A stretch of DNA of 64,000 bases from Bacteroidota bacterium (GTDB taxonomy: Bacteria > Bacteroidota > Bacteroidia > Chitinophagales > Saprospiraceae), in NCBI GenBank assembly GCA_006226345.1, contig SBHD01000176.1, positions 5,036-69,035 on the forward strand, written 5' to 3'. The position numbers and the translations under genes are program-made. The notes under the pieces were generated by a model. That model was not told the origin of the DNA, searched no databases, and saw nothing but the letters and a program-made list of their open reading frames with translations. Positions 28,563 through 38,558 of this stretch are shown here, piece after piece; the first letter of the stretch is position 1; each line of letters begins with the position of its first letter.

Positions 28563-29894
28563 ATGTTTCGACTGTTTAAAACAAAGATCCTGTTACACGT
28601 CCTGTTACTGGTTATACTCCTGGGAGGCGTGGGATACGGGTTTAATACCGAGGGGCAAACTGGTCTGGCAGTGCTGTCTGGACTGGCTGTTGCAGTAGTG
28701 GTATTCAGCCTCTTCCGGCTGGTGGACAAAACGAATGCGGAGATTGCGTCATTCCTCCTGAATATCCAGTATGATGACTACACCGCCACCTATTCCGTCC
28801 AGGAGCCTGATCAATCGTTTGACAAACTGTACAATGCCTTCAACATCATCACCGATAAGTTCCGGGATATCCGGCAGGAGAAAGAAGCGCAGTTTCAATA
28901 CCTGCAGGCTATAGTTGAGCATGTAGACACTGGGCTGATCTGTTTTGACAATACCGGCAATACGTTACTAATGAATCGCGCCTTGCAGCGGTTGTTACAT
29001 AAATCCTATTTTCCGGACCTGGGTTCGGTGGAACGATTTAATCCTGGACTGTACGGTGCAATGGAAAACCTGAAACCAGGAGAACGGCAGTTGGTAAAAC
29101 TGGTCGTCAACGGGCAGATCGTGCAACTGGCGGTCAGAACGACAATGCTCAAACTCCGGAATGGGGAGTATCATCTTTACTCCATCCAGAATATCAGTGC
29201 CGAACTGGAAGAACAGGAAGTTCAGTCCTGGCAAAAGCTGATCCGTATCCTGACGCATGAGATCATGAATTCGGTCACTCCGGTTGCCTCACTTGCTGCC
29301 ACAGCCAGTGATATGGTCAGCCGGTTTTCCACATTTGATGCTGACTCAGCCGACGATATCAGAACAGCGGTGATGGCCATTCAAAAACGCAGTGAAGGCT
29401 TGTTGAACTTTACTGAAACCTATCGCCAACTTACCCGTATCCCTCCCCCTAAATTTCAGGAAGTCGAACCGGAAGCATTGCTGGAAAGGGTGTTGACCCT
29501 GTTCCGGCCAAAGCTGACTGAAAAGCGGATCAAGGTGGACAAGCAGTTTGCTACAAACACGGGTTCTATTCAGGCAGACCCGGATCTGCTGGAACAGGTG
29601 TTGATCAACCTGGTAAAAAATGCGATCGAGGCAGTTGAGCAGACAGACAGTCCAAAGATAGCCCTGGGTATTGCCAAAGATACGGAAGGAACGGTGATCA
29701 TACAGATCGCCGATAACGGTCCGGGCATACCTGATGCATTGCAGGAGCAAATATTTGTCCCCTTTTTTACTACTAAAAACGAAGGCTCCGGCATCGGATT
29801 AAGCCTGTGCCGTCAGATCGTTCAGTTGCACAAAGGCAGTCTTTCGGTAGTGTCGAAAGAAGGGGAGGGGGCCTCTTTTGTTATCCGGCTGTAG
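28563..29894 (+). CDS. sensor histidine kinase (two TM helices joined by a ~7-aa loop, PAS-like region, HisKA plus HATPase_c)
   Basis: H-box LTHEIMNSVTPV, N-box NLVKNAIEA, and G-boxes DNGPGIP and GSGIGLSLCRQIV. The TM1-NTEGQTG-TM2 arrangement leaves no periplasmic sensor domain. Confidence 0.9.
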   Translation: MFRLFKTKILLHVLLLVILLGGVGYGFNTEGQTGLAVLSGLAVAVVVFSLFRLVDKTNAEIASFLLNIQYDDYTATYSVQEPDQSFDKLYNAFNIITDKFRDIRQEKEAQFQYLQAIVEHVDTGLICFDNTGNTLLMNRALQRLLHKSYFPDLGSVERFNPGLYGAMENLKPGERQLVKLVVNGQIVQLAVRTTMLKLRNGEYHLYSIQNISAELEEQEVQSWQKLIRILTHEIMNSVTPVASLAATASDMVSRFSTFDADSADDIRTAVMAIQKRSEGLLNFTETYRQLTRIPPPKFQEVEPEALLERVLTLFRPKLTEKRIKVDKQFATNTGSIQADPDLLEQVLINLVKNAIEAVEQTDSPKIALGIAKDTEGTVIIQIADNGPGIPDALQEQIFVPFFTTKNEGSGIGLSLCRQIVQLHKGSLSVVSKEGEGASFVIRL

Positions 29895-29927
29895 GTTTGG
29901 CAGTTGCTTAAAGGCAGCCTTAAGAAG

Positions 29928-30314
29928 TTAGTCAGACTCTTTATCAAACTCCCGTTGCAGGTCTGCCCTCAAATGGGCAGGCTCCACTACTGCGCCGTTG
30001 AGATGGGCGTTGGGAAGCACGGCGATCAGTAAGTTGTCTTCCTCCATGTCTTCCAGCCAGCTCATGAGTTCGTTCAGGTCAAGGATCTCTACCTGGTATT
30101 CCCGGAGGTCTGCTCCCTGACGGAATGCCTCCGCAAAGCCGGCAGTTGGGAAAAGTGGCAGAATGTCGGCGTCGAGATCATCTCCCAGCAGTGCCCAGCC
30201 CTCTTCGTCTGCCAGTCCGAACACCTCCTCGTTCTTCACCACTTCCTTGATGAAATAATCATAGCGTTTTTCGCCCGGGCGTTTAAATATTTTTTCTATT
30301 TCGGGTGGTAACAT
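29928..30314 (-). CDS. DUF2750-like small cytoplasmic protein
   Basis: Start trimmed to MLPPEIEKIFKRPGEKRYDYFIKEVVKNEEVFGL. The ERYDYFIK...W.L pattern resembles DUF2750. This assignment is from memory only. Confidence 0.55.
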   Translation of the reverse strand: MLPPEIEKIFKRPGEKRYDYFIKEVVKNEEVFGLADEEGWALLGDDLDADILPLFPTAGFAEAFRQGADLREYQVEILDLNELMSWLEDMEEDNLLIAVLPNAHLNGAVVEPAHLRADLQREFDKESD

Positions 30315-30479
30315 AGTTGTACAGATTGTGAAGGTCAGTATGCCGGCAGGCAGATGCCGCAAAAGTATAGATTTATATGTTTTATTGTTGAATTAGCCTG
30401 GTGTGTCCAGCAATTTGATACGGTATACTCCATATTTCCCAAAAAATTTGAACATTTGCCCTAAACAACCAATTCTCCC

Positions 30480-31250
30480 ATGCCTCGACTTTCCATAAGC
30501 CTCTTGATACTTACTGCCCTGCTGACCGCCACTTGTGAAAATCCCAAACCGTCGAATTCCGGCGATCCCAGCCTTAACCCGGAAGGAAAACAGGAATTTA
30601 TTGCCTTGTACGGCTCCCCGGTGTTGGATGGTAGCGGCTCCGATGATGTCTGGAGCCAATGTGAGTGGTACAATATTGATCAGGTTTGGTTCGGCGAACC
30701 ACCGACCCCGAAAGATTTCTACGGCCAATATAAACTTGCCTGGGATGAGAATAATCTGTACATCCTGGCGGAAATTGTAGATGATTCGCTCCTGGATATC
30801 CATCCGGAAAGTCTCGAACGCTATTGGGATGATGATTGCCTGGAGATCTTCCTGGATGAGGATGCCTCTGGCGGTATCCATCAGTATTCGTACAACGCTT
30901 TTGCATACCACATTAGCCTTGACGGCCACATTGTTGATATCGGCCCTGACAGCCTGCCTCATTTCTACGATGATCATTGCCTGACACGGCGGATCACCCG
31001 TGGCAATACCAGCACCTGGGAAATTGCAGTGCGCATTTTTGACGGAAATCAGTTTGACGACACATCGGAAAATGTCCCCAAGTTGTTAAGCGCAGGTAAA
31101 AAAATGGGGTTCGCATTGGCCTATTGTGACAATGACCGGTCGCTGGAGCGCGAGAATTTTATCGGAAGTGTGGCGATACCAGGCGAGGACAAAAACCGGG
31201 GGTGGATCGATGCGGATGTCTTTGGAATTTTGGAATTACACCAACATTGA
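30480..31250 (+). CDS. lipoprotein with CBM9-like (carbohydrate-binding family 9-like) domain
   Basis: Lipobox LTATC. Pattern [19 protein letters not shown]...[17 protein letters not shown] is typical of CBM9-like sugar-binding proteins. Confidence 0.6.
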   Translation: MPRLSISLLILTALLTATCENPKPSNSGDPSLNPEGKQEFIALYGSPVLDGSGSDDVWSQCEWYNIDQVWFGEPPTPKDFYGQYKLAWDENNLYILAEIVDDSLLDIHPESLERYWDDDCLEIFLDEDASGGIHQYSYNAFAYHISLDGHIVDIGPDSLPHFYDDHCLTRRITRGNTSTWEIAVRIFDGNQFDDTSENVPKLLSAGKKMGFALAYCDNDRSLERENFIGSVAIPGEDKNRGWIDADVFGILELHQH

Positions 31251-31267
31251 ACGTACAAACAAATAAT

Positions 31268-32149
31268 ATGGAATTACTGGACGGAAAAGTATTATCCGAA
31301 ACGATCAAGGCGGAACTGGCCGCCGAAGTGGACAAGATTAAACAGGCAGGCGGTAAGATCCCGCATCTTGCCGCAGTGCTGGTAGGCGAGGATCCCGCGA
31401 GCCAGGTGTATGTAAAAAGCAAGATCCGCTCCTGCGAGCAGATCGGTTTTAAAAGCACCCTGGTACAACGACCAGCCGAAACCACGGAAGCTGAACTGTT
31501 GGAAATCGTTCAGCAGCTGAATGATGACCCGGATGTCGATGGTTTTATTGTTCAACTCCCGCTTCCCAAGCATATCAATGAGGAAAAGGTTACGCTGGCC
31601 ATTGATTACCGAAAAGATGTGGATGGATTCCACCCGGTGAATTTTGGACGGATGGCGCAGGGCATGCCTGCATTTTTACCGGCTACGCCATTTGGTATTA
31701 TGGAAATGCTTCGCCGGTACAATATCGAAACTTCCGGAAAACATTGCGTAGTGCTTGGAAGAAGCAATATTGTAGGCACTCCTATGAGCCTGTTGTTGTC
31801 CCGGAAAGGGTATCCCGGTGATTGTACGGTAACCCTGACCCACTCCAGGACCAAGGATCTTCCTGCCGAAGTTCGCCGGGCCGACATTGTGGTCGCTGCG
31901 ATAGGTATTCCGCAATTTGTAAAGGCCGACTGGGTGAAAGATGGTGCGGTGGTGATTGATGTCGGGATCAACCGCATTCCGGATGCTACCCGTAAATCGG
32001 GCAGCCGTCTGGTGGGGGATGTGGATTTTGACGGAGTAGCACCGAAGTGCAGCCACATCACACCGGTACCAGGCGGGGTAGGCCTGATGACAGTGACAGC
32101 GTTACTGATGAATACGCTTAAGGCCTGCCGCAAGGAAATTTATTCCTAA
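31268..32149 (+). CDS. folD: bifunctional methylenetetrahydrofolate dehydrogenase / methenyl-THF cyclohydrolase
   Basis: [17 protein letters not shown]..., [23 protein letters not shown] and [13 protein letters not shown]. Start trimmed to the conserved N-terminus. Confidence 0.92.
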   Translation: MELLDGKVLSETIKAELAAEVDKIKQAGGKIPHLAAVLVGEDPASQVYVKSKIRSCEQIGFKSTLVQRPAETTEAELLEIVQQLNDDPDVDGFIVQLPLPKHINEEKVTLAIDYRKDVDGFHPVNFGRMAQGMPAFLPATPFGIMEMLRRYNIETSGKHCVVLGRSNIVGTPMSLLLSRKGYPGDCTVTLTHSRTKDLPAEVRRADIVVAAIGIPQFVKADWVKDGAVVIDVGINRIPDATRKSGSRLVGDVDFDGVAPKCSHITPVPGGVGLMTVTALLMNTLKACRKEIYS

Positions 32150-32246
32150 CCAATTGATTCGGGACAAAACAGTCCGGATACGGCTGTCCGCCCCGGATCA
32201 ACTTCTGTATACGATCAATTCCACCGGGATAGAATATCTGTTGGAT

Positions 32247-32280
32247 TAAAACAAAAACGGCCGCGCGGTAGCGCGGCCGT
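32247..32280 (-). terminator. rho-independent terminator of the coiled-coil gene
   Basis: Perfect 10-bp GC stem ACGGCCGCGC-GGTA-GCGCGGCCGT, followed on the minus strand by TTTTGTTTT. Confidence 0.8.
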
Positions 32281-32325
32281 AATCTGTTGCCACAGAGAAG
32301 GAAGCCTTCAATTTGTTGTTTTACT

Positions 32326-33348
32326 TTACTTCAGGTTGAAGGAGCCGGTACCTACCAGGTACCCTTTATTAAAGATCTTCACATCGTATTTGCCTTTTAC
32401 AAAGCTTTGGCCGGGTTCCCAGGCGCCGCAAACATTCGTTTCGCCATTGTCATAATTGCAGGTAGCGACCGTCGTGTAGCGGAACTCTTCTTCCTTACGC
32501 TTGTCCTGTGCAATACCAGAGCCAAGGCTCTCGATAGCCAGCGTAGCGCCGGTCGGGTCGATAACTGTAATGTAGAAGGTCTCTTCGCCGGAAGGAACAA
32601 CATCGTTCGGTTCCGTTACAAAGCAGATGTTCAGTTTGTCCACTTTGCTGGCGCGGGTCTTCGAACGCTCTTTACCACTGCTGCGCACATCAACTGCTTT
32701 CATCGTGATATTCTTAACACGGATAGCGGATGCGATGTCCACTTTTTTGCTGAGAGCGTTGCGCTCAGTTTCCAGCTGGGTCTTTTCGGAGATCAGAGCT
32801 GCTTTGGCAGTGGACTCTTCCGAAAGCATCGTCTGGGTCTCCTGGAGTGAGGACGTCAGCGTCTCGTTCTCCGATGTCAACTCGGTGTTGCGATCGGTCA
32901 AAATGCCGATCTCCTCTTTTAACTTGTCGATTTCAGCCAGGTACTCCTGCTTTTGACGCTCCAGGCGGTTCATTGCAGAACGGTAGTCGCGCTTTTCACG
33001 GATCAGGGTCTCGATCTGGGCTTTGTTCTGTTCCAGTGACTGCAGTTGCTGGTTGATCTTTTCATCCAGCTGGGCATTCAGGCCTTTTTGCTGCTCGAGT
33101 TGGGCAACAGCATCATTGTACTTGGTATCCAATTCGGCAAAAGCCTGCTTCTGTTCCGTAAGTTCAAGCGAAGTCGCCTCGAGTTCCTGTCCGGACTTAT
33201 ACTTGCTGATCATCAGGAAGATACTCAGGCCGAGCAGAACGGCAATGGCAATACCGGCCATAGTCAGCAGACGGCGGGAGTTGTCATTGGGCGATTCGCC
33301 ATAGTTCGGGGTTGGGTTGGGCTGATTGAAATTAGTGGGTGTGCTCAT
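32326..33348 (-). CDS. membrane-anchored coiled-coil protein with C-terminal globular domain, unknown function
   Basis: An N-terminal Pro/Asn-rich tail, one TM (LLTMAGIAIAVLLGLSIFLMI), about 170 aa of heptad-like Q/E/L-rich sequence, then a ~120-aa beta-rich C-terminus. Confidence 0.7.
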   Translation of the reverse strand: MSTPTNFNQPNPTPNYGESPNDNSRRLLTMAGIAIAVLLGLSIFLMISKYKSGQELEATSLELTEQKQAFAELDTKYNDAVAQLEQQKGLNAQLDEKINQQLQSLEQNKAQIETLIREKRDYRSAMNRLERQKQEYLAEIDKLKEEIGILTDRNTELTSENETLTSSLQETQTMLSEESTAKAALISEKTQLETERNALSKKVDIASAIRVKNITMKAVDVRSSGKERSKTRASKVDKLNICFVTEPNDVVPSGEETFYITVIDPTGATLAIESLGSGIAQDKRKEEEFRYTTVATCNYDNGETNVCGAWEPGQSFVKGKYDVKIFNKGYLVGTGSFNLK

Positions 33349-33647
33349 AAATAAAAGGAGAATGAAAGGTTTAACGTTAGTGGATAGATGTCTTGCGATC
33401 AGCGCAATAGGCAGCCTTTCAATCGCAAATGGTTTACATTTTGTTTTACACTGTTTTTAAACGTTGTGTGCTGCAAAAGTCACGCAATAAACATCGGCTG
33501 TCAAGCCTTTATTGCCTTTTTCCCGGGAATAATTGCTAAATTGGTTGGAAATCCCAAGCGCCTTTTCAGGGAATACCCCGAGAATTATTTCCATGGCCGG
33601 ATGGCAATCCTGCGAATTCAATAACCCGTGAATCCGATCCGAACGCG

Positions 33648-33655
33648 TACCTTTG
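33648..33655 (+). promoter_or_regulatory. Bacteroidota -7 promoter box TACCTTTG (TAnnTTTG)
   Basis: Exact match to the TAnnTTTG consensus, 37 nt upstream of the exonuclease start. Confidence 0.45.
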
Positions 33656-33691
33656 CTTCAAAATATACGTTAACCGAATACCTGTCCGGAA

Positions 33692-34450
33692 ATGTCACTT
33701 TTTGATGCCTTTGATCTGCAGAACATCCTCTTCCTAGATATCGAAACAGTGCCGGCTGTAGCAGACTTCGACGAACTTGGTGAGGAAATGCAGGAACTGT
33801 GGGGGCTCAAGGCCCGCCAGATCCTGCGGCAGCCTGATGCCGAGCTGGAATACGATGAAATGGCGGCCACTTTTCACGACCGGGCCGGCATTTTTGCCGA
33901 GTTCGGTAAAATTGTTTGTATTTCCGTTGGTTTCATGACTATGCAACCGGATACCGGGAAGCCCCTGCTCCGGTTAAAGTCCTTTACCAACCATATGGAG
34001 GCCAGCTTGCTGGAAGACTTCAGTGAGTTGCTGAACAAACACTTCGGGAATCCGGCAAAATTTGCGCTTTGTGGCCATAACATCCGGGAGTTCGACGTGC
34101 CATATATCTGCCGGCGCATTATGGTTAATCAGTTGCCTTTTCCCAGAATGCTGGATATTGCCGGACTGAAACCATGGGAAACCAAGCATTTGCTGGATAC
34201 CATGGAAATGTGGAAATTTGGCGATATAAAAAAATACACCTCCCTTCGGTTGTTGGCCGCAGTTTTTGGCTTTCCATCGCCCAAGGATGATATCGATGGC
34301 AGTGAAGTTGCCGGCGTTTATTGGGTGGATCGCGATCTGGACCGGATTGCAGCGTACTGTGAAAAAGATGTATTGGCTACGGTGCAACTATTCCTCAAGA
34401 TGAAACGCTTGCCCCTGCTGGAACCCGAGCAGGTCGTGATAGTGCGTTGA
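33692..34450 (+). CDS. 3'-5' exonuclease, PolB-exonuclease-like / RNase H-fold
   Basis: ExoI-like ILFLDIETVP and further acidic motifs (HNIREFDVPY, YCEKDVLAT). Confidence 0.7.
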   Translation: MSLFDAFDLQNILFLDIETVPAVADFDELGEEMQELWGLKARQILRQPDAELEYDEMAATFHDRAGIFAEFGKIVCISVGFMTMQPDTGKPLLRLKSFTNHMEASLLEDFSELLNKHFGNPAKFALCGHNIREFDVPYICRRIMVNQLPFPRMLDIAGLKPWETKHLLDTMEMWKFGDIKKYTSLRLLAAVFGFPSPKDDIDGSEVAGVYWVDRDLDRIAAYCEKDVLATVQLFLKMKRLPLLEPEQVVIVR

Positions 34451-34527
34451 TCAGGCTATATTTACACAAGCAGGTGGCCTGGATACCAGGCCTTTTTATT
34501 GATTCCTATTCCTAAATCGATCATATT

Positions 34528-35199
34528 GTGAAAAAACATCTTGTTGCCCCTTCCGTACTGGCTGCTGATTTTACCCGGCTGGCCGATGAATTTGACATGG
34601 TAAACCAAAGCCAGGCCGACTGGTTTCACCTGGACGTCATGGATGGCCGGTTTGTTCCGAATATCACCTTCGGAATGTTTGTGATCGAAGCAATGCATCA
34701 AATGGCGGAAAAACCGCTGGATGTGCACCTCATGATCGTTGAACCGGAAAAGTACATTGAGGAATTCCGGAAAGCGGGCGCACATGTGATCACCGTACAC
34801 TATGAAGTTTGTCCGCACCTGCACCGCACTATCCAGCAGATCAGGGAATGTGGTGCGCTTGCCGGTGTTGCCTTAAACCCGCATACACCGGTAGAAGTTT
34901 TGGAAGACATTATTGAAGATATAGACCTGGTCTGCCTCATGTCGGTTAACCCGGGCTTTGGCGGGCAGAAGTTTATTTACCAGACGATACCCCGTATCCG
35001 CAAATTGCGCAACCTGATTGATACTGCCAATGCCCAAACCCTGATTGAGATCGACGGTGGTGTGGGTCTGCAAAATGCTGAAACGATCCTGCAGGCCGGA
35101 GCAGATGTGCTGGTCGCCGGCAGCAGCGTGTTCAAAGCGCCGGACCCCCGCGCAACGATTGCCGCCCTGAAAGCGTTTAAAGCAGTGGTCGAAATCTGA
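34528..35199 (+). CDS. rpe: ribulose-phosphate 3-epimerase
   Basis: PSVLAADF, HLDVMDGRFVPN, VNPGFGGQKF and IEIDGG. GTG start. Confidence 0.92.
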   Translation: MKKHLVAPSVLAADFTRLADEFDMVNQSQADWFHLDVMDGRFVPNITFGMFVIEAMHQMAEKPLDVHLMIVEPEKYIEEFRKAGAHVITVHYEVCPHLHRTIQQIRECGALAGVALNPHTPVEVLEDIIEDIDLVCLMSVNPGFGGQKFIYQTIPRIRKLRNLIDTANAQTLIEIDGGVGLQNAETILQAGADVLVAGSSVFKAPDPRATIAALKAFKAVVEI

Positions 35200-35225
35200 A
35201 AAAAACCTGTTCCGGACGCAGCAAC

Positions 35226-36803
35226 ATGAAAAAAGTTGACAAACTTCTGCTTACCAGTTTTATCGGGCCTTTTATTGTCTCCTTCGGCATTGCCCTGTTT
35301 GTGCTGGTTATGCAGTTCCTGTGGTTATATATAGATGAGATAGCAGGAAAAGGCGTCAGTGTTTTCATTCTGCTGGAACTGATCGGCTATCTGTCGATCT
35401 CTACCTTCCCCATGGCTTTGCCTATCGCCGTGCTCATTGCGTCCGTCATGGTCCTGGGCAACCTGGCGGAGCGCTATGAGTTGTCCAGCCTGAAATCTGC
35501 CGGTATTTCGCTGATGCGGATTATGCGATCGCTCATTGTGATCGCCGCCGGTATTGCATTGTTCTCTTATGTGTGCTCGGACTTTTTAATACCGGTAGCC
35601 AATCTGAAATTTAAATCGAGGTTGTACGATATACGGAAACAAAAACCTGCTCTTACACTGGAAAAGGAAGTTTTTAACGAAGACTTCCAGCAATTTGTGA
35701 TCCGGATCGGCGATAAGGCCCGCGATGGTGAAACGATTAAAGATGTATTGATCGAAGACCAGACTAACAGCGGCAAATTGCGGTTTAACCAGATACTGGC
35801 CGACAGTGGTCAGATGTTTACTACCCGCGATAAGCGGTTTTTTGTCATGAACCTCTTCGACGGTGCGCAATACCAGGAGCCGGCCACTCAGAGTTCAAGT
35901 GGCGGCGAGCGGTATCCGTTCATACGGACCAATTTTAAATCCTGGACCAAGGTGTGGGCGCTGGAAGAATTTGAAATGAGCCGTACGGATGAAGACCGGT
36001 TCAAGAATCAGCGCTCCATGCTCAGTATGACTCAGCTACGTCGCAACATGGACTCTCTGAATATGGAAGTGGATACCAACCGGTATCGCCTGGTGGTAGA
36101 TCTGATGGCTAACATAGAGCGTACGTACAACAGCCGCTTTTTAAATGTTGAGATGGATACTACAGGGCAGGGCGCGGACTCGGCTGGACTTGCAACCACG
36201 CCAGGAAAACAGCTTGTCCGGGAGGCACGCCGCCGGCAAACTTCCGGTACTACTATTCGTCCGGATCAGGTTTATACGCAAAAGATCGATAAACCGCTGA
36301 CTGATTACTCCTCTATCCTGGAAACGTTTGTTCCGGAAGACCAGGAGCGCCTGCTCCGGGGAGCCATTGGTCAAAGCCGGTCCGGGCAAATTGCCCTTGA
36401 CCGCCGGATGGACCAGATCGTAAGTCGCCGGAAAGAAGCGATCAAAACAGGGTATGAGTTGTACACCAAATATAGCTTTGCGATCGTCTGCCTGATCTTC
36501 CTGTTCATCGGCGCTCCTATGGGGGCGATCATCCGAAAGGGAGGCTTTGGTTATCCAATATTGGTGTCGATTATTTTTTTCGTGACTTTTATCATGCTCA
36601 CGATCATGTGCCGCAAGCTGGCTGAAGCCTATATTCTTACCCCTTTCTGGGCCGCAATGGCGCCAAGTGTCACCCTGATACCGATCGGTACATTCCTGAC
36701 CCGGCGTGCCATGAATGACTCGCAGATGTTCAGTACCGATCGTTTGGACCGGTTCATGATGAAAATGCGCAAGCGCTTTCAGAAAAACGAACCTGCCGTA
36801 TGA
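35226..36803 (+). CDS. LptF/LptG-family (YjgP/YjgQ) permease
   Basis: N-terminus MKKVDKLLLTSFIGPFIVSFGIALFVLVMQF, a large periplasmic insert and three C-terminal TM helices. Confidence 0.8.
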   Translation: MKKVDKLLLTSFIGPFIVSFGIALFVLVMQFLWLYIDEIAGKGVSVFILLELIGYLSISTFPMALPIAVLIASVMVLGNLAERYELSSLKSAGISLMRIMRSLIVIAAGIALFSYVCSDFLIPVANLKFKSRLYDIRKQKPALTLEKEVFNEDFQQFVIRIGDKARDGETIKDVLIEDQTNSGKLRFNQILADSGQMFTTRDKRFFVMNLFDGAQYQEPATQSSSGGERYPFIRTNFKSWTKVWALEEFEMSRTDEDRFKNQRSMLSMTQLRRNMDSLNMEVDTNRYRLVVDLMANIERTYNSRFLNVEMDTTGQGADSAGLATTPGKQLVREARRRQTSGTTIRPDQVYTQKIDKPLTDYSSILETFVPEDQERLLRGAIGQSRSGQIALDRRMDQIVSRRKEAIKTGYELYTKYSFAIVCLIFLFIGAPMGAIIRKGGFGYPILVSIIFFVTFIMLTIMCRKLAEAYILTPFWAAMAPSVTLIPIGTFLTRRAMNDSQMFSTDRLDRFMMKMRKRFQKNEPAV

Positions 36804-37468
36804 ACGTAAATATCTGGTCGGTGCCCTGGTTTACGATTCCGGTACTGTTGTTCTTTAATGTCGGGCTGGCCCTACTGCTCTTCGTACCATATGGAGCGGA
36901 GATCCTGTACCTTAATCCCTGGCGTACAGAGCCGTTAAATACTTTTTTTCGTGGCGCTACTGAATTGGGCGAAGCAGTGGCTTTTGTGGCCCTTGGTTTA
37001 ATATCGCTGCTTTGGCGATTCCGGTTTGCTCTGCTGATTGCCTTAACAGGTCTGCTCGTGATGCCAGTTTCGTATTTGCTGAAAGACAAGATCGGGACGG
37101 ACCGGCCGGTGACTTATTTTGAAAAAAATGGTGTGCGGGATGCGGTGGTCCTGGTACCAGGGGTCAAGCCCAATGGTGGAAAAACAAGTTTCCCATCGGG
37201 TCATACCATGGCCGCGTTCAGTTTGTACACCTTACTAGCCTTGCTAACACGCCGCAAATGGCCATGGTTAGGGCTGGCATTGGCCTGGACTGCCATGCTG
37301 GTGGCTATATCAAGAGTGTTCCTGGTGCAACATTTTCTGGCAGATATTCTGGGTGGTGCATTCTTTGGTATGGCCCTTGCCTGGTTGGTGTTCAGCCTGG
37401 ACCGACGCTTTTTTGCACGGATGACGGTACTTGACCGGGGGCTGTTGTCTGCCAGCAGAACCTCTTGA
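36800..37468 (+). CDS. PAP2-family phosphatase
   Basis: PAP2 motifs KD...RP, PSGHT and SRVFLVQHFLADILGG. ATGA overlap with the upstream gene. Confidence 0.85.
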   Translation: MNVNIWSVPWFTIPVLLFFNVGLALLLFVPYGAEILYLNPWRTEPLNTFFRGATELGEAVAFVALGLISLLWRFRFALLIALTGLLVMPVSYLLKDKIGTDRPVTYFEKNGVRDAVVLVPGVKPNGGKTSFPSGHTMAAFSLYTLLALLTRRKWPWLGLALAWTAMLVAISRVFLVQHFLADILGGAFFGMALAWLVFSLDRRFFARMTVLDRGLLSASRTS

Positions 37469-37500
37469 ATCCCGGTTGGCGATATGCAGCATCTATAAGA

Positions 37501-38427
37501 TCACCCAGACGTCTCCCTTCCCAGCTGTTTTCGGATAAAAGCAAGTATCGCCCCGGTTTCATCCGGGTGAAATGTCGCCCAATCCCCGTGTTTCCGAAAC
37601 CAGGTAGCCTGCCGCTTGGCATAATTCCGGCTGTGCTGTTTGATTTTGGCTATAGCCGTTTCCCGGTCGATAAGACCATCAAAAAAGGCAAACCACTCCT
37701 CATAGCCTACTGTCCGTAACGCTGGTTCATTCCGGAACGGCAACAGCTTTCGGGCTTCCTCCTCCAACCCTTCCCGGATCATCAGGTCAACCCGTTTGTC
37801 AATCCTGGCGTACAGTTCAGGTCGCGGTCGTTCAATCAAAATGAAGATTGGAGTAAAGGGACGGGCAGGTCGCTTTTTACCCAGGAAGGAAGAATACGGC
37901 TGGCCGCTTTCTATGCACACTTCCAGAGCCCGTCGCAGCCGTGCGGGGTTCTGCCGGTCTACCTGCTCAATATAATCAGGATCCCGGTCGGCCAGTTCGG
38001 ACTGCAGCCAGTTTATCCCTCCTGTGTGTGCTCCCTGCCGCACCAGTTCGCGGGTTTCGTCCGATATCGCGGGAAATTGATCCAGGCCTTCATACACTGC
38101 ACGGAGGAACAACCCGGAGCCACCTGCCAGAATAGCACAATCTGACTGCTGATAAATTTCTTCTAGTTTTTGAAGGGCATCCCGTTCAAAGTCGCCGACA
38201 CTGTACGGGTCGACAACACTCAGAAAATCAATGAAATAATGCTGTGCAGCAGCCTGCTCTTCCGGAGTAGGCTTGGCCGTGCCGATGCTCATTTCCCGGT
38301 AAAATTGCCGGCTGTCAGCGGAAAGTACCGGGGCATTCAATTCCCTGGCCAGGTGTATCGCTACGCCTGTTTTCCCGATTGCTGTTGCGCCACCGATGAC
38401 GATCAGGTATTTTTTGTTAGGCTGCAT
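37501..38427 (-). CDS. miaA: tRNA dimethylallyltransferase
   Basis: P-loop GGATAIGKT and SADSRQFYREMSIGTAKPT. Confidence 0.92.
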   Translation of the reverse strand: MQPNKKYLIVIGGATAIGKTGVAIHLARELNAPVLSADSRQFYREMSIGTAKPTPEEQAAAQHYFIDFLSVVDPYSVGDFERDALQKLEEIYQQSDCAILAGGSGLFLRAVYEGLDQFPAISDETRELVRQGAHTGGINWLQSELADRDPDYIEQVDRQNPARLRRALEVCIESGQPYSSFLGKKRPARPFTPIFILIERPRPELYARIDKRVDLMIREGLEEEARKLLPFRNEPALRTVGYEEWFAFFDGLIDRETAIAKIKQHSRNYAKRQATWFRKHGDWATFHPDETGAILAFIRKQLGRETSG

Positions 38428-38558
38428 AAGTTGTGGCCCGCTCCGGCGGTATTGACAAGGAGGTAAATATAGGCGCCATCAAATAATATCCGGATGAGTT
38501 GGCCTGCTTAAGTGTACAGTTTGCAGGAATTCACGTGCAGGCATTCTATTTTCGCCGC

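Noticed and set aside
30393-30977. 194-aa minus-strand ORF
   Set aside because: It is antisense to the CBM9-like lipoprotein gene, which has a lipobox and recognisable domain motifs.
31606-32133. 175-aa minus-strand ORF, plus many 60-220-aa ORFs antisense to the permease genes (for example 23974-24636 and 13380-13790)
   Set aside because: These are antisense shadows inside strongly supported genes (folD and the FtsX permeases) and have no independent support.
33388-33624. 78-aa plus-strand ORF and inverted repeats (GCAATAAA...TTTATTGC) in the 343-bp gap upstream of the exonuclease gene
   Set aside because: The ORF has no motifs or signal features. The repeat is AT-rich with a 16-nt loop, so it is weak as either a terminator or an operator.
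34296-34311. TGGCAG-TGAAG-TTGC, a good -24/-12 match on the plus strand
   Set aside because: It lies inside the exonuclease coding region, about 220 nt from the next start (rpe), with no nearby palindrome. It is probably a chance match.
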